A DNA stretch of 62,449 nucleotides, counting the filler, from Basidiobolus ranarum (Eukaryota): assembly GCA_040143965.1 (NCBI GenBank). It is 22 parts of 22 records of this genome, joined end to end, with 100 filler letters (N's around TTAATTAATTAA, not from the genome) between each part and the next. Parts side by side here need not be neighbours in the genome. Positions count along the whole stretch, not along the records: positions 1 to 2,754 come from JASJQH010003005.1; positions 2,855 to 5,607 come from JASJQH010003006.1; positions 5,708 to 8,459 come from JASJQH010003007.1; positions 8,560 to 11,310 come from JASJQH010003008.1; positions 11,411 to 14,161 come from JASJQH010003009.1; 17 more parts are not named here. One strand, 5' to 3'. How positions within the stretch are numbered: position 1 is the stretch's first letter; every line of letters begins with the position of its first letter. Positions 1-12,557 of this stretch are shown in pieces. The notes under the pieces are model-generated. The model did not search any database. It saw nothing but the letters and a program-made list of their open reading frames with translations, and had not been told where the DNA came from. Made by a program: the position numbers and the translations under genes.

Positions 1-77
1 GTAACATACTGGAGACTAACTCAAGTAATGATGAAGCACTAGCAAGCTTAGCATGAAAGAGATATGAGGTTTCTTGC

Positions 78-425
78 TGTTGAAATAAGCATAGCCTAAA
101 CGCCCATATATTCATATATAGCTTAGTATCTAGTTATTCCATATTGAACCAAGATATCGACCACTGTTATCAATCATAATTTACTTGGAATATTTTTACC
201 AACTTATAAGTTCTTAGATATATGGATTTTCAGACATGTGCTAGAAGCCCCAAATTTTGCACACATGTTTCTAGGACTTTTTTTAACACATTTTACACGT
301 TTTTTTGCTCACATCTTGACAAAATTATAAATGTTAACTTTCAGATCAATAAATCAATAAGTGAAAACCACCAATTCTTGTAGTTCTCCAAACCATTTTC
401 AACAAGCTCCCAAAATACTTCAGCA
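78..425 (+). mobile_element. Solo LTR, copia family A
   Basis: TGTTGAAATAAGC...CAAAATACTTCAGCA, 348 bp, alignable by eye to 17732-18079 and 55891-56238. Flanks CTTGC/ATTGC form a 5-bp TSD with one mismatch. The left flank (1-77) resembles CMC ORF2 sequence at 51222-51300. Confidence 0.8.
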
Positions 426-1755
426 ATTGCAAGTATTTAGGATGAGCTGGAGGGTGCTAAGGATAATATATTAAAGACCTATGTGATTTGAAATATTTTG
501 CCCTTTTACAACATTTCGGATATTTATGGAAATATATTATATTATTTTGTCTTTTGAAATACTCAGTTGCTAATCAATAAATATGATATCAAGTACTTCG
601 TTCTATTATTTCGGCAAGAAAGTATATTTATGATTATTTTATGCAAAAATACAAGAAATTAGTTCAGCCTACACACACTAATTGACAAAGCTTAATCCAA
701 ACACCTATGACTAATTTAAAAATCCTAAATATATACATAGATTCTTGGAGTGTCCAAGATCGAGTGTTTTAGATCAACATCTTATCCTGATTAGCTGGTA
801 TTAAAGAGTTCCAACGACAATAGCACCTCATCTAGAACTGCACTTTCCATGGTTTTGGGAGAGAAAGTTACTTGCAAAAAAGTTAAATTACATTGAAGAT
901 TTCCAACCCATCTACTCGCTATTTGTGGAAATAGGTTAATAACACAAAATCACAAAATGTACAGGGTATCTAATAAATACCCAACCTTTGGTTTTTCTCA
1001 TCTACTTTCAGTGAGTTTTGAATAATGTTAAAACACTACCAACGAAGCAACATTCGCATATCCGAAATTAACTCCATTTTTTCCATAAAAGGGTAATCAC
1101 GATTTCCTGTAACCAAAAATGGAGTATTCGCGCTCATGTATAGTAATCTGCAAGTAAATACAAGTTTGAAAATCTGCAAAAATGACTAATGGAAATTTGT
1201 TTACCTAATACTCTCAACTTATGGAATGTTCTTAATCTGATCTTTACTTGAAGATACGATATCCATGTTACACATCAAGCATAATCTTGCCCACGTTGTA
1301 AAAGGATATCACTCAGGCTTTTCTTGGACTTAGATATGCTGAAAGCGTTGACACTGATGTACGCAATATATTGAAACTCAGGTTCCTGACGAAAGGATTC
1401 AAATTGGACTAGAGGCACGTCAATTATCCGACCAAGTTTGCCTCTTAAAAATAGGTATTAAAGATACTTATTCTGTAACCGTAACCATCGTGGTCACTTT
1501 CTCTAACCATTGTTCATATTAGTACTTTTGCGGCACTACGATTGAGCAGCAATGAAAGTATTTATGTACTACATAACTTATATTAGTGACACCTAATTAA
1601 GCCATACCTGTGATACGAAGTTCCCGTGCTTTTCAAGAGCGAATCTTTGTTTCGAATCCTATGTATGACAGTCGTATTAAAGTATTGGGAATCAAGCGTT
1701 GGGTGAGTATATATTTACAGGTGGTTTTCGAGAGTCTTAAGTTCAGCTGGAGTTG

Positions 1756-2754
1756 ATGATGGCTTGGCTTAAGCTAAGAGCAGTGCTGATTACCTTGGCA
1801 ATCCTTCCTCAACTATGTTTCTCTATAGGTATTAAGAAGTTTTCTTTAGCGTGTCTGAGATTTTGCTAAATACGTTCACCCTATAGATACCACCCAGAAA
1901 AATAGAAGACGTCCTACTTACGGACTCCCAGACTGGAGTCAAGCTGGCTACCTATCAGGCCGAATGGACCTTCCTGATGATTCAATGATTACACTCAGAA
2001 TCACCAAGGAAGAGTTGCAGTCGCAGTACCAAGTAATTCCAGATGATGGCCAGGATGACTCCGCCGGGCTTCAAAAAGCGATCGACTTCATCAAGGCGAA
2101 TCATTCACCAACGGGAGGTTATAATCGGATAGCATTAATTGAATTGCCTTCAGGTAAGAATATCTATCTATTGTGATGACTTGACCTGCTCTATTTCATT
2201 TTATATTGTGAGATAGTACTTTGTATTTAAGTCTTGATTTCTCTAGGTCAAATCGATATTTCCCAACAAATTTATGTTGATGCCAGTTGGTTACTGATTC
2301 GTGGCCAAGGGACAGACCCCTCGCAGCCTAGCTCTACTAGAATATCGTTCAAGCCAAATTCTGATACCATATATGACACTCTAAGCCCTGATGGTAGTCG
2401 TTGGGATCCGGACTCCATGCTGTATTCTCAAGTAGTCACTGGAAGTTACCAAATTACTGCCAAAGGTGGTTGGATTTGGCCAGGTCGAGGAGTTTTCAGA
2501 GTTCAGTATCGCGATGTAGCTCCAAAATTTCAGTCCCTCCATGAGAAAGCTCCACCTAATCGAAAGGATTTGTTAGAGGGTAGCGTGAACTTCCATTGGA
2601 AAAATGATAAAACCATTAAGTTTGGTCCACTTCAACCGTCGAAGAAATTCAAGGGGTACATGGTGGATCGAACCGTGAGTCGAGCTGGAATTAAAGGAGA
2701 TAATAAGCTTCTTCTTGATCCCGAAGGAGAATTTTCCGATTATCATCCCGGAGT
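1756..2754 (+). CDS. Secreted pectin-lyase-fold (right-handed beta-helix) protein, 3' truncated; exons 1756-1828, 1887-2153, 2247->2754
   Basis: Signal peptide MMAWLKLRAVLITLAILPQLCFS. GT-AG introns 1829-1886 and 2154-2246 join the two track ORFs in frame. Motifs LPDWSQAGY, VIPDDGQDDSAGLQKAID, IELPSGQIDI and LIRGQG fit the Pectate_lyase_3-like N-terminal cap. Confidence 0.8.
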
Positions 2755-2854
2755 NNNNNNNNNNNNNNNNNNNNNNNNNNNNNNNNNNNNNNNNNNNNTT
2801 AATTAATTAANNNNNNNNNNNNNNNNNNNNNNNNNNNNNNNNNNNNNNNNNNNN
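2755..2854. other. Artificial contig spacer N44-TTAATTAATTAA-N44 (first of 21; others start at 5608, 8460, 11311, 14162, 17012, 19860, 22707, 25553, 28398, 31243, 34087, 36930, 39771, 42611, 45449, 48284, 51118, 53952, 56785, 59618)
   Basis: The same 100-nt block, with stops in all six frames, recurs about every 2.84 kb. The contigs between blocks decrease in length from 2754 to 2732 bp. Confidence 0.98.
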
Positions 2855-4334
2855 CAATCCATTTCTGTCAAAGCCACATTTCCTTTGTAACAAAAAAATC
2901 TCCGAGTGATTTCATTTAGTGCTACTTGAAAGTTTCAAGTGTTATAGATTGACGACCGATTAGAATATACCAGCATTCTCGGCAAGGTGGTTCTTGGTAT
3001 ATAGGACACTAGGTGGGTATGGGACAGAGATAGGGAATGTGACTGGACCGCTCTTGGCTGTACACTCAATAGATAGATTAATTTCTAGAGGGTAGTTCCC
3101 AAGTTAGATAACGAATAGCACCACCAAATTTGGAATCAGCTTTAAGGTCTATTTCAGTTGCCTTACTAATACGGATATGAATCCCATATTTGGTTGAGGA
3201 TGGAAATTTACTTTGTCCCACTTGACTATTCTCTTAAGCAAGTGGGCTATCTCCATGAGATTAAGTAACAACCTGCTCAGTTACAGGTAAAGCGGTTGCG
3301 AATGACAAAGGAATGCCCGTACGGGACACCATTATCTTTTAAGGGTGGGATGAGTGATGATTCCTCTTTCAATAGAATCATTTCTTATGTCACAATCTAC
3401 ATGAGAACAAGTACTTTCATGTATCATAAGAATTTCTCGAATTTCTTGATTTTCGTGTATCCATTTCTTTTACCGATGAACCGGTCCAATATTCCCCGTA
3501 CCACCTCAGGTGTGAGACGTGTAACCCACATCGACTCCCTGACCCACTCAAAAACCTTAAAGAGGGGTTGGCTTCCCTTGTGAGAGGTTCGAGATCATGG
3601 TAAATATAGTATGTCAGATATGGTGTTTGCCAGGATCGACTTGGTGAACCTAACAGCTCAGATAACTGGTCTAGTACACACATTTGACTTGAACCAAGTG
3701 GTATCATGCTGTATTGTACTTGATTTGGTGCTCTATTTTGCTCAAAGAATCAGTTGTTGTAACGAAGCCGCCTAGAAGTCTGATAAATGTACTCTAATTG
3801 AGTGCTTCTAGATACATGAGAATCACATGAATATTTTCTGCGTATAAACAGTGAGTGATTTCGATCCGTAGTGATTGCGGATATCAGCATCACCATTTCT
3901 GGGTAAGCCACTGGAGCGATTGTCAGCTTGGTTATCATGAACTAGCACTAGTACCAACCTCACCCGGAGAATGACAGTAATGTACCAGAGCTGAAGGTGT
4001 TGTAAAGATTCTTGGAACCCTATGTAATTTAAGGTTAAAAAATGTAAATTTTATCTAATTATCCTTTTCATTTTTATGTTTAACAGTGTGAAGATATTAG
4101 AAAAGGATGTTTTCAATTCAATAATCACCAAAAATTTACATGAGAAAGTTGGAACCACCTACTATGGTTCTTATAAAAAAAGGATAAGGATAAATCAAGC
4201 CGAAAAGTGGAAGTTTTACTTGATTAAAGGTTCGAAAGAGTTTTGACTACAGAAGTCGAATAATCTATAATAAGATGAGCGGACGCGTGGTAAATGGACG
4301 GATAGAATCAAAGGAAGAACAACTTGATTGAAAA

Positions 4335-5061
4335 TTACACATTGACATAAGTAGAATCGGTTGCAATGGCACTAGGTTCTGAAACTTCACTAGTTTCTTG
4401 AGGAACAACAGAGGTAAGTCTGAGATTAGAAGTAGACATACTAGCTTCAATAGCTTCCAGAATGTCCTGCTCCCAAAAGCCCATCTCATAGTCAACTAGG
4501 CCATACCGTTCCAAAATGTCGCACCATGCAACTACCGAGTCTCTTAAATGATAGTAATGTTGAACTCGAAGCTGATCCTCTTCAGATTTTGCCATTGAAC
4601 TACGTGATAGGGCATAGAGCCAACAATGATTTATTCCTTGCCAAAATCCTTCCCGATCGTAAGCGTTGTATGGAGGTTCATCGATAGTAAGTCCTATTGG
4701 TAGGAATTTTTTTGGAAAGATAAACAAAATAATTCTGGTGCATGAGGAAGCAATTAAAAGAGAACTAACCCAAGGCATCACAATTAGTTACCACAGCATC
4801 GGTGACAGAGGAAAGTATTTCGAAAGCTTTTAATATGCCACCCTGTTCTATATGATCGAGAGCTCGCTTGAGTTCGTTTTGAATCTCATCAAAACTTGTT
4901 GTTAGGACAGGATTTTGATGTATAGCAGCGGTAGGAGTGGGTTGTAGTTGCTTTGGTGTAGACTTTGTGGGTGGAAGAGCAATGGTGGAGAGAATATTGC
5001 TAGTTTGATCGGGCACTGAATATTGTTGAGTAAAATCAAAAGGATCGTTTAGGTTGACCAT
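4335..5061 (-). CDS. Conserved fungal protein of unknown function; exons 5061-4770 and 4693-4335
   Basis: Intron 4769-4694 (GTTAGT...CAATAG) fuses two track ORFs in frame (...VVTNCDALG-LTIDEPP...). Motif WCDILERYGLVDYEMGFWEQDILE resembles a fungal hypothetical family as I recall it. CpG is retained. A further 3' exon cannot be excluded. Confidence 0.75.
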
Positions 5062-8000
5062 TTTGTAGCAAGGGGGAGAGGTATATCGCAGTCTACACTG
5101 AACACCCCGGTTTCAACTCAACTGGAGACAAGACAATAAAAAAAACACAAAAAAACAGCTGATAAAGTTTGTTGAAAAATAGCCCCCTTCCATTCAAAAA
5201 AAAATCTTGGGGACAATTCTCTGCAAGCTCGAAAGATTAAATCTAAACTTGATTCTAACCATATACATCATAATCATTGGCTCAGGCTAGGGTTCTATGA
5301 GGTCCAAGCGGTCGAATCTTATTGGACGACCTGGATTCGAATATTCATAATTAGCTCTCCAGGCTATATGATACAGAAGCGAATGAATGGGTTTTAAGGC
5401 CTCAAGGAAGATGTCATTGAGAACATTGGTGTATCATCGGAAAGAAGGCTATTAACCGTATTCTATAGAAAATATGCTCACACCACTAAGAATTCGAGTA
5501 TTCAGGATGTTGGCACTTGATATTGCCTAGAACTGCTGTTGGGTTTGGGCTACATGGACAGAATGTCTGCTTTTGAGGTTCCAAACCTGCAACATACACC
5601 AAGCGCCNNNNNNNNNNNNNNNNNNNNNNNNNNNNNNNNNNNNNNNNNNNNTTAATTAATTAANNNNNNNNNNNNNNNNNNNNNNNNNNNNNNNNNNNNN
5701 NNNNNNNTGGTGGAGCAAAGTATGGTTTGTGTAGTCAGGTAACGCGTCTCGGGAGTGAGTCCAAATTGAGCCCACCATACTACTATCGTTAAAAGCAACA
5801 CTATTGAAAAAGTTTTGATCAACAAGTACCTCATAGCCACATCTGCACTCACTTCAGGCGACATCGGATGATGTATAAGTAGCCTCCCTAGAATTCGTAA
5901 TTATGACTTGTATGTATTTCTTGTGGCACTTGGAATCTGCCGTACATCAAGCGTCTCCATTGAATTTTAGATATTTGAGCTCGCTGTAGATTAAGTTTGG
6001 AATTCGATGGTTGGAAGTGAAGAAATGTCAAAGTGGAGGATTCTTGACAAATAGGGTCAGAGACTTAAGAAGTTGTTAGAAGAATCTAATTAGGGAAGGG
6101 TAGCGTGTTGTAGAGATACAATAGTAGGCCACAGTTGTCTGAGTGTTTCCAAAAGATTGAAGATATTCAGAGTTGTAATATTGAAATTACGTAAAATATG
6201 TTAAAACCTAAAGCAAAATCTGTATAACTGAGGGATAGCTCGGCATACGAGCCGGTAGACAATAGTCAGATTGAACATGTAGATCATCCAATTACAAATC
6301 AAGAAGCTGAAGACAAAATTGCGAAGTGAATGCAAAATTCTCAATCGATACGATTAAAATAAGAATAACTACAGAGTATTTGTAATAGCCTCCATTTCTT
6401 ATTGTTGTCGGAAGTCAGCAAAAGAAATCACGTCTTACTTTTTACATCATTGATCAATGCCATTTTTATTGAGCATGCCGTTATAGCATATCCATTACTA
6501 CATAGATAGTCATCGGCAAGCATACGAAATAAAATAATGAAGAACAATATCAAAAATAGGGCGTACAGTAGCTAGCTATGAAGTAATGAACAGCAAAATA
6601 AAGAATGCTTTTAGGACATATACTAGGATCGACTTCGATTGCCAAAAGCTTTGGTACTGGTAATGTTTAAAAGGATTTAACAAAACATTACCAGCTCAAA
6701 AAAAGCCATTTCCAAAAGAAGGTATTATCGTTGTAACCTTAAGTGGTGTTCAGCAGTGACCTAATTCATCGGATATTGTTGTCTCATTTTGGCTCAAAGA
6801 GGTAACCTTGGTGTCATTTCCAGTATATCTATCAATCAAATTTTTAGTGTCACAAATCTTGACCACATCAAATCCTTCGTTGACTAAATTCTATACCTCT
6901 TACAGCCGATCGCATCTCAGGCATTACATCATTTACCATCTATCATAGATCATAGGAGCATATATTTGGGTATGGTTTCACTATGATGACCATTAGTGTG
7001 AAACATTTTTCAATCCAGCTTTTGATTGGTGTCTTTTGTATATTTGGGCTTTCTTTCAGCAAAAATCACGGAGAATTTTCCCGATATCATTAGTACGGCA
7101 GTTGAGGCCAACTATAGAAAGTTATTTTTGGAAATCAATCTATCCATCTATGCTGAACGTATTTGTGCTAATCTGTTGTTCCAAAATGTTCATCTGATTA
7201 CTGATATTCCAAGTAAGATCGCCAAGTACACATGTTGATATTTGGAACTCATCAATCCACACAAACTTTCAAAGGATTTATGGATCTTCGGGCTACAGTT
7301 TTATTTCAAGTTCGATACGATACTAAGCGACCTAATTTTAAATCGAGCAAGATTTGAACACATTTCCTGTGCTTAGGCGTTAGTAAGTGATCTAACAGCT
7401 TTTTGTATATATAGTCGGAGTCATCGATATGTCCTTCCCGAGCTTCCACATTTCGATAGTTTTCGAATACGATTTTACGATGCTGATGAATAGATTTATG
7501 CAATAGATCTAAAATAGTGAAAACACTAGCCTTATTTGTAATACTATACCCATTCTATCACCACCATGAAAGCCTTGCATCTCACCATCCTATAAATGGA
7601 TTCTTGAAGGAGCATCAAAGACAGTATCGATTATTGGTTTGCCAACATGCTGATGTGTGGACCGGATTATAATTGAAGCAACTAAAAAGAATAATGAGGT
7701 TGTTGAGATGATATCATAAATCAACAGAATCAAGTTGATAGGGTTCGAAGGAATAAGGGGCTTAGACAAGTTTGAAAGTGTTTCTTTTCTAGATATTCTC
7801 AGGATACATCGTACACAAATGTTCCAACTTGACTAGTTGCATTTTTATTAAGTAGATATTAAACAGGATTAACATATCTCATATGATATATAAGTTTTTG
7901 CCTTACTCCATGCTTTTGACGCTCACTCGACCAATTGCTCAAAACTCTAGGGTAAATTTCTTCTGTGGTGCTTCAAACTTAAAATTTTCTACTGCTGTAT

Positions 8001-8169
8001 TAAGAGCAAGTTCTTATACTGAAAAGCTGGCTCACAGTTTTTGTAGCCACAACAATAATTGAACATATTGCAACCATTATAGTAGTTAAGAAATTTATTG
8101 TGGTTTAAGTAATTCAGGGTTAACTGTTCTGAACCTTTCAGTAACTACATATTAAAATAAATTATTCTG

Positions 8170-8459
8170 TGTTGAAATATTTTGGGAGTCTGTTGGAAGT
8201 GGTTTGGAGAATTAGCAAAATTGGTGGTTTTCACTTATTGATATATTTTGTTGCAGGTTTATATTTATAGCTTGGTCAAAATGTAAGCAAACCAAAGTAT
8301 AGACTATGATGGCAAAGGTCCCAGGAAAATATGTGCAAAGTTTGGGGCTTCTAGCACAAGTTTGAGAAGTCTATATATCTGAGAACTTCTAAGTTGGTAA
8401 AATATTCTAGGTAAATTCCAATTGAGAATAATGGGTAATATCTTAGTGAAATATAAGAT
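8170..8459 (-). mobile_element. Partial LTR, copia family A (cut by contig end)
   Basis: TGTTGAAATATTTTGGGAGTCTGTTGGAAGTGGTTTGGAGAATTAG matches the 17732 copy. Confidence 0.8.
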
Positions 8460-8559
8460 NNNNNNNNNNNNNNNNNNNNNNNNNNNNNNNNNNNNNNNNN
8501 NNNTTAATTAATTAANNNNNNNNNNNNNNNNNNNNNNNNNNNNNNNNNNNNNNNNNNNN

Positions 8560-9065
8560 CATAGTAAACTATAAATAGGACATATTCAATTCAATAAAAC
8601 TTAAGTGTCTAATTCACAAATCCAAATCTTGTCCAAAACACTTCCAAATCCCCTAAACACTTTTATCACAGGTGAGGGTAAAGTTCCAGAGGTCTGATAG
8701 GAAGGCCTTACAAAGAGTGCAAGTTTGTGGCTCATAATCTCCTAAGTCATATTGGAGCCTATTGTATAAGGTTTGGAGAAGTAGAGAAGTTGATGATTTT
8801 CACCTATTGATTTATTTGGTGGAGAGTAAACATTAATACTTTTGTCAAGATGTAAGCCAAAGATGCACAGAATCTGCAAAATAGGTCACAGGACCATGAG
8901 TGCAAAGCTTGGGTGTCTACACCAGTTTGAGAAATCCATACATCTGAGAACAAGTAGATTCTTTGAAATATTCCAAGTAAATTCTTATTGATAATAAAAG
9001 GTAATATTTTAGTAAAACATAGGATAACTACATACTAAGCTATATGTGCTATATAAGTATCTAGA
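8560..9065. mobile_element. Nested LTR fragments: 3' part of an LTR-B (8560-8668, +), then a family-A gag start, PBS remnant and degraded LTR-A (-)
   Basis: CCCCTAAACACTTTTATCA is the LTR-B end. GAGTGCAAGTTTGTGGCTCATAATC resembles 38158-38182. Confidence 0.65.
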
Positions 9066-9111
9066 TAATTCTAAATTCAATAGGTTGTGGGCCTTGTAAA
9101 TGTATTTCTAA

Positions 9112-11310
9112 TGTCACAATAAGGAACTGGACAAAGACTGGAAACAATAACAAGAGGGTAGAAGGCAGGGGAGTACTTGGGCATAGACCACAAGACTAGA
9201 CAGGGAAGATACTGTGGCAAGAATCCTTATGGATAACTGGCATCGATCAGACTGAGGTCTGATCAAGGAATACATGGGGCTTATATATATATTGCATGGT
9301 GAAACATAATATACTGAACAGGGAATATACTGTGGCAAGTTCAAGTGTTGGGGACTACAAGGACAAATACAAAGAGGGATGATGTATAGATGATAATGTG
9401 ATCTTCCATGGAAGGTCTTGGCAGAAATACACAATGTGTAGGATGACATGATTGGTTAAGTTTCATGGAATGTTCCAAAGAACATGACTTCCATCCTGGC
9501 AAAGTTCCTTAGAATTGGAATGATTTGTTCCAACTCCCATGATTGATTGTTAATTGAAAATCCCTTTCAGTACACTAAATATTGCAATTTACGTTGATAA
9601 ATGCTGGAATCTAGAATATTGCTAACTTTGCATTCAGGGTGTTCATCCACTTGGATTGCTGGGGGTGGGTCAATGAATTGGTCCTGTAAGGTGTTTCTGG
9701 CATGTGGCTCTAGGAGAGACACATGAAATACATTATGGACTTTGAAATGGGACTGGGAGTTCAAGGTAGAAGGCTACAGAATTGATTTGCTTCATAATCT
9801 TGAAGACCCTAGTTTTGTATGATCATGTTTCTCACAAGGTCTTGTGGTTTTTATATTTTTTTGGAGTAGCCAAACATAATCTCCTGGCTTGAGATCTGGG
9901 CTTGACATTCTTCTCTGATCAGCAAAGTACTTGTATTGGGATTGAGCATGCTCCAACTTGGATATTAATTGTTTATGGATGTCCTGAAGGAAAGTGGCAT
10001 TGTTTGAGGCAGCAGGACAAGGCAGATTGGATGGTGATTAAATTGTAAATGAGGATGGAATCTATAATTTGCAAAAAAAGGAGTTTGTTTTGTTGATGTA
10101 TGATAAGAGTTGTTGTAAGCAAATCAAGCAAGAGGCAAGAGTTGTGTCCAATTATCCCAATCACAGTTGATAGTTCATCACAAATACTGTTCCAAAACTT
10201 AATTGACTCTTTCTGTTTGGCCATCAGATTTTGGATGGAAGGCAGTGGAGAGATTGGCAGAGATACTCATGGTTTAGAGAAAACCTTTCCATAATTTGGA
10301 AGCAAACTGAGGTACTTGGTTGGAGATGATAGTTTCAGGGAGTCCATCCAGGTGGAATATTTTGAGTATCAGTTCAGCTGTTTGTTTTGCATCAATTGAC
10401 TTCTTTTAGGATACAAAGTGGGCCAACTTTGTTAGGTTTAAAAGATTTAATTTGTGTAAAAGATTTTAAAAATAAATTATTGTTATGTTTGGATCAGGAT
10501 TTAAAAATAAAATCCCAAATAATTTAAAAATAACTTTGTAAAGTCAGGAATTAGGATTTAAAAAATTTAATTTGTAATAAATTTAAAAACAATTTGGTAA
10601 AGTTTGAATAAGGATTTAAAAATAAAATTTGGGATAATTTAAAATAAAACATTGTAAAGTCCATAATTAGATTTGAAGTTTTAATTTTGTAATATTTAAA
10701 AAATAAATTATCGTTAAGTTCAGAATGAGATTTAAAATATATTGTAAAAGATTAAAAGTATATCATTGTTAAGTTTGAATTAGGGTTTAAAAAATAAAAT
10801 TTGGGATAATTTAAAATAAAATATTGTAAAGTAAGAATCTAGATTTGAAAAATAAATTATGCAAAGATTTGAAATATATTTTGTAAAGTATGGAATAAGA
10901 TCTACAAAAGATTTAATTTGCATAAAAGATTTAAAAATATGGTTAAGTAAGAATCTAGAGTTTTAAAGTTTGAATTTTGAAAAAATCTAAAATAAATTTT
11001 GTCAAGTCTGAAATAAGAGTTGAAAATAGTTTATCCATGAATAATTTAAAATGAAATATTGTTAAATAAGGATTTGGGTTTGAAAAGAGATCATTGATGA
11101 TAGAGAAATGGCAGTACAAGTTCAAGCTTGAGAGGCCTTTGGGTGTATCCTGGGCTTTCTTTATTGATATTACCAATGGGTCTTCAGATTAAAGTTTATG
11201 GGTGTCTTCATGGAATGTTCTTGAACTAGGAAGAGAAAGGGCAGTTGCACTAATTTGAAGTTGGTGGGGCTTCAACAATGAAGTATTTTGTAGGTCAAAG
11301 GCCTCATCTC
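9112..11310 (-). mobile_element. Degenerate Ty3/gypsy chromovirus: integrase, chromodomain and partial 3' LTR (family C), interrupted by an AT-rich array
   Basis: VHNVFHVSLLEP...DPPPAIQVDEHPECKVSNILDS...KLQYLVY is the GPY/F region plus chromodomain. LTKLAHFV and FHLDGLPETIIS are integrase-like. The LTR end TGTCACAATAAGGAACTGG is shared with 42539 and 59039. Confidence 0.85.
10432..11085. repeat. Degenerate, very AT-rich tandem array, ~57-bp unit, ~11 copies
   Basis: Recurring AG(G)ATTTAAAAATAAAATTTGGGATAATTTAAAATAAAA..TTGTAAAGT..GAAT units. The + strand has very few C. Confidence 0.75.
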
Positions 11311-12557
11311 NNNNNNNNNNNNNNNNNNNNNNNNNNNNNNNNNNNNNNNNNNNNTTAATTAATTAANNNNNNNNNNNNNNNNNNNNNNNNNNNNNNNNNN
11401 NNNNNNNNNNATCTTCCACCTCTGCCAAACCGGCCACATCCCGGTAACCTTTGAGGCCACTACATCCTCCACATCGCAACTATATTTCTTCAAGAGCGGC
11501 GTAAAAGGCTGTATTCCCTTCATCAGCACCACTGTAGTCTGTTGTTAGAAGTAGCTGTTTGCATCTCGGTCACCAGTTGCTGGAATCATCCTTGTCATGA
11601 GTTCACCTGCTTTAAAGAATCTTTCTATCTTATCTGGAGAGGACTTGGATAAGCGAGCAAATATTTCCCTAAGGTTAAGATTCTTTGGGAATAAGTTTCG
11701 GACCTCTCACTTGACATGAAATTGATGAAGTCGGTGCCAATTTTAGGTATCATGTTTTTACCTGATAGTTACTATGGCCAGAGCAGCATTCTCAATTGGG
11801 CACTTGGTCTAGTGTCAGACCCGTTAGTTAGCGAGGTAAATAGAATGACATCGATTGGAGATTTTGGAAAAATCAAAGGATTATTGGAAAGTAAATCAGA
11901 ACTATCTTGAAGCTGTCAGAAAATCAAGTCATATCTAGGCATTTCATTCAGGTAAGGCTTAATTTTGTTATATCAACCAGGGAGTGATTTTGATATCGCA
12001 TTTTCTGGATTAAACCTTAGCTTGTGACATGTGACAAGTGTACTACGTAAAATAGGATAGAATAGAGCAGTGAAATTTATGTGGAAAATTGTTACTTTTG
12101 TTAATGTACAATTCATACACCCGTTGCTTATGCACAGTGTTACATAGTCTGACTCTAGAGTAATGAAAGGGAAAAGCATGAATTATTTTTAACGATAACA
12201 ACATATCTCGCTATTTTTAAGTAGGAACTAATTTTCCAGAAATCCATATAGTCATTCATTTATGTTTGGAATACTTATTGGACTTTCTTTAATATATTGA
12301 AGAAACAATAAGAAAACAAAGTGATCTTAGTTTGTTACTTAATTTCAGTACAACTCTAGAAACGTGGTCCTTGCATCAAACTCCGACTTTTTCAGTGTTA
12401 GTATAGAGAATTATTTAAATGTCTTAAAGTAGTAATTGGTCAATCAAATAATACTTCTAGCTATCCTGGGCGCATCAGATGAATTTCCATAATGTATTAG
12501 AAACCAAAATCAAATAAACATCTATTGAAATGATGCAGAGTTCAAGATAGTAGTATC

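Noticed and set aside
2799-2810. Regularly spaced TTAATTAATTAA palindromes as a CRISPR-like or biological repeat
   Set aside because: They are always embedded in N-runs and are an assembly spacer.
2855-4020. Short ORFs on both strands (3296-3583, 3417-3707, 3750-3938)
   Set aside because: No recognisable motifs and no consistent gene model.
5708-5864. Short hydrophobic ORF at a contig edge
   Set aside because: It could be a gene start, but it is too short, has no motif, and an alternative spliced reading is equally possible.
6950-7600. Exon-like pieces on the - strand (ORF 7306-7503 with plausible splice sites)
   Set aside because: Downstream frames contain many stops and I cannot assign a family. 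At most an unidentifiable remnant.
10432-11085. AT-rich array as a CRISPR array
   Set aside because: There is no constant repeat with unique spacers, no cas genes, and the context is eukaryotic.
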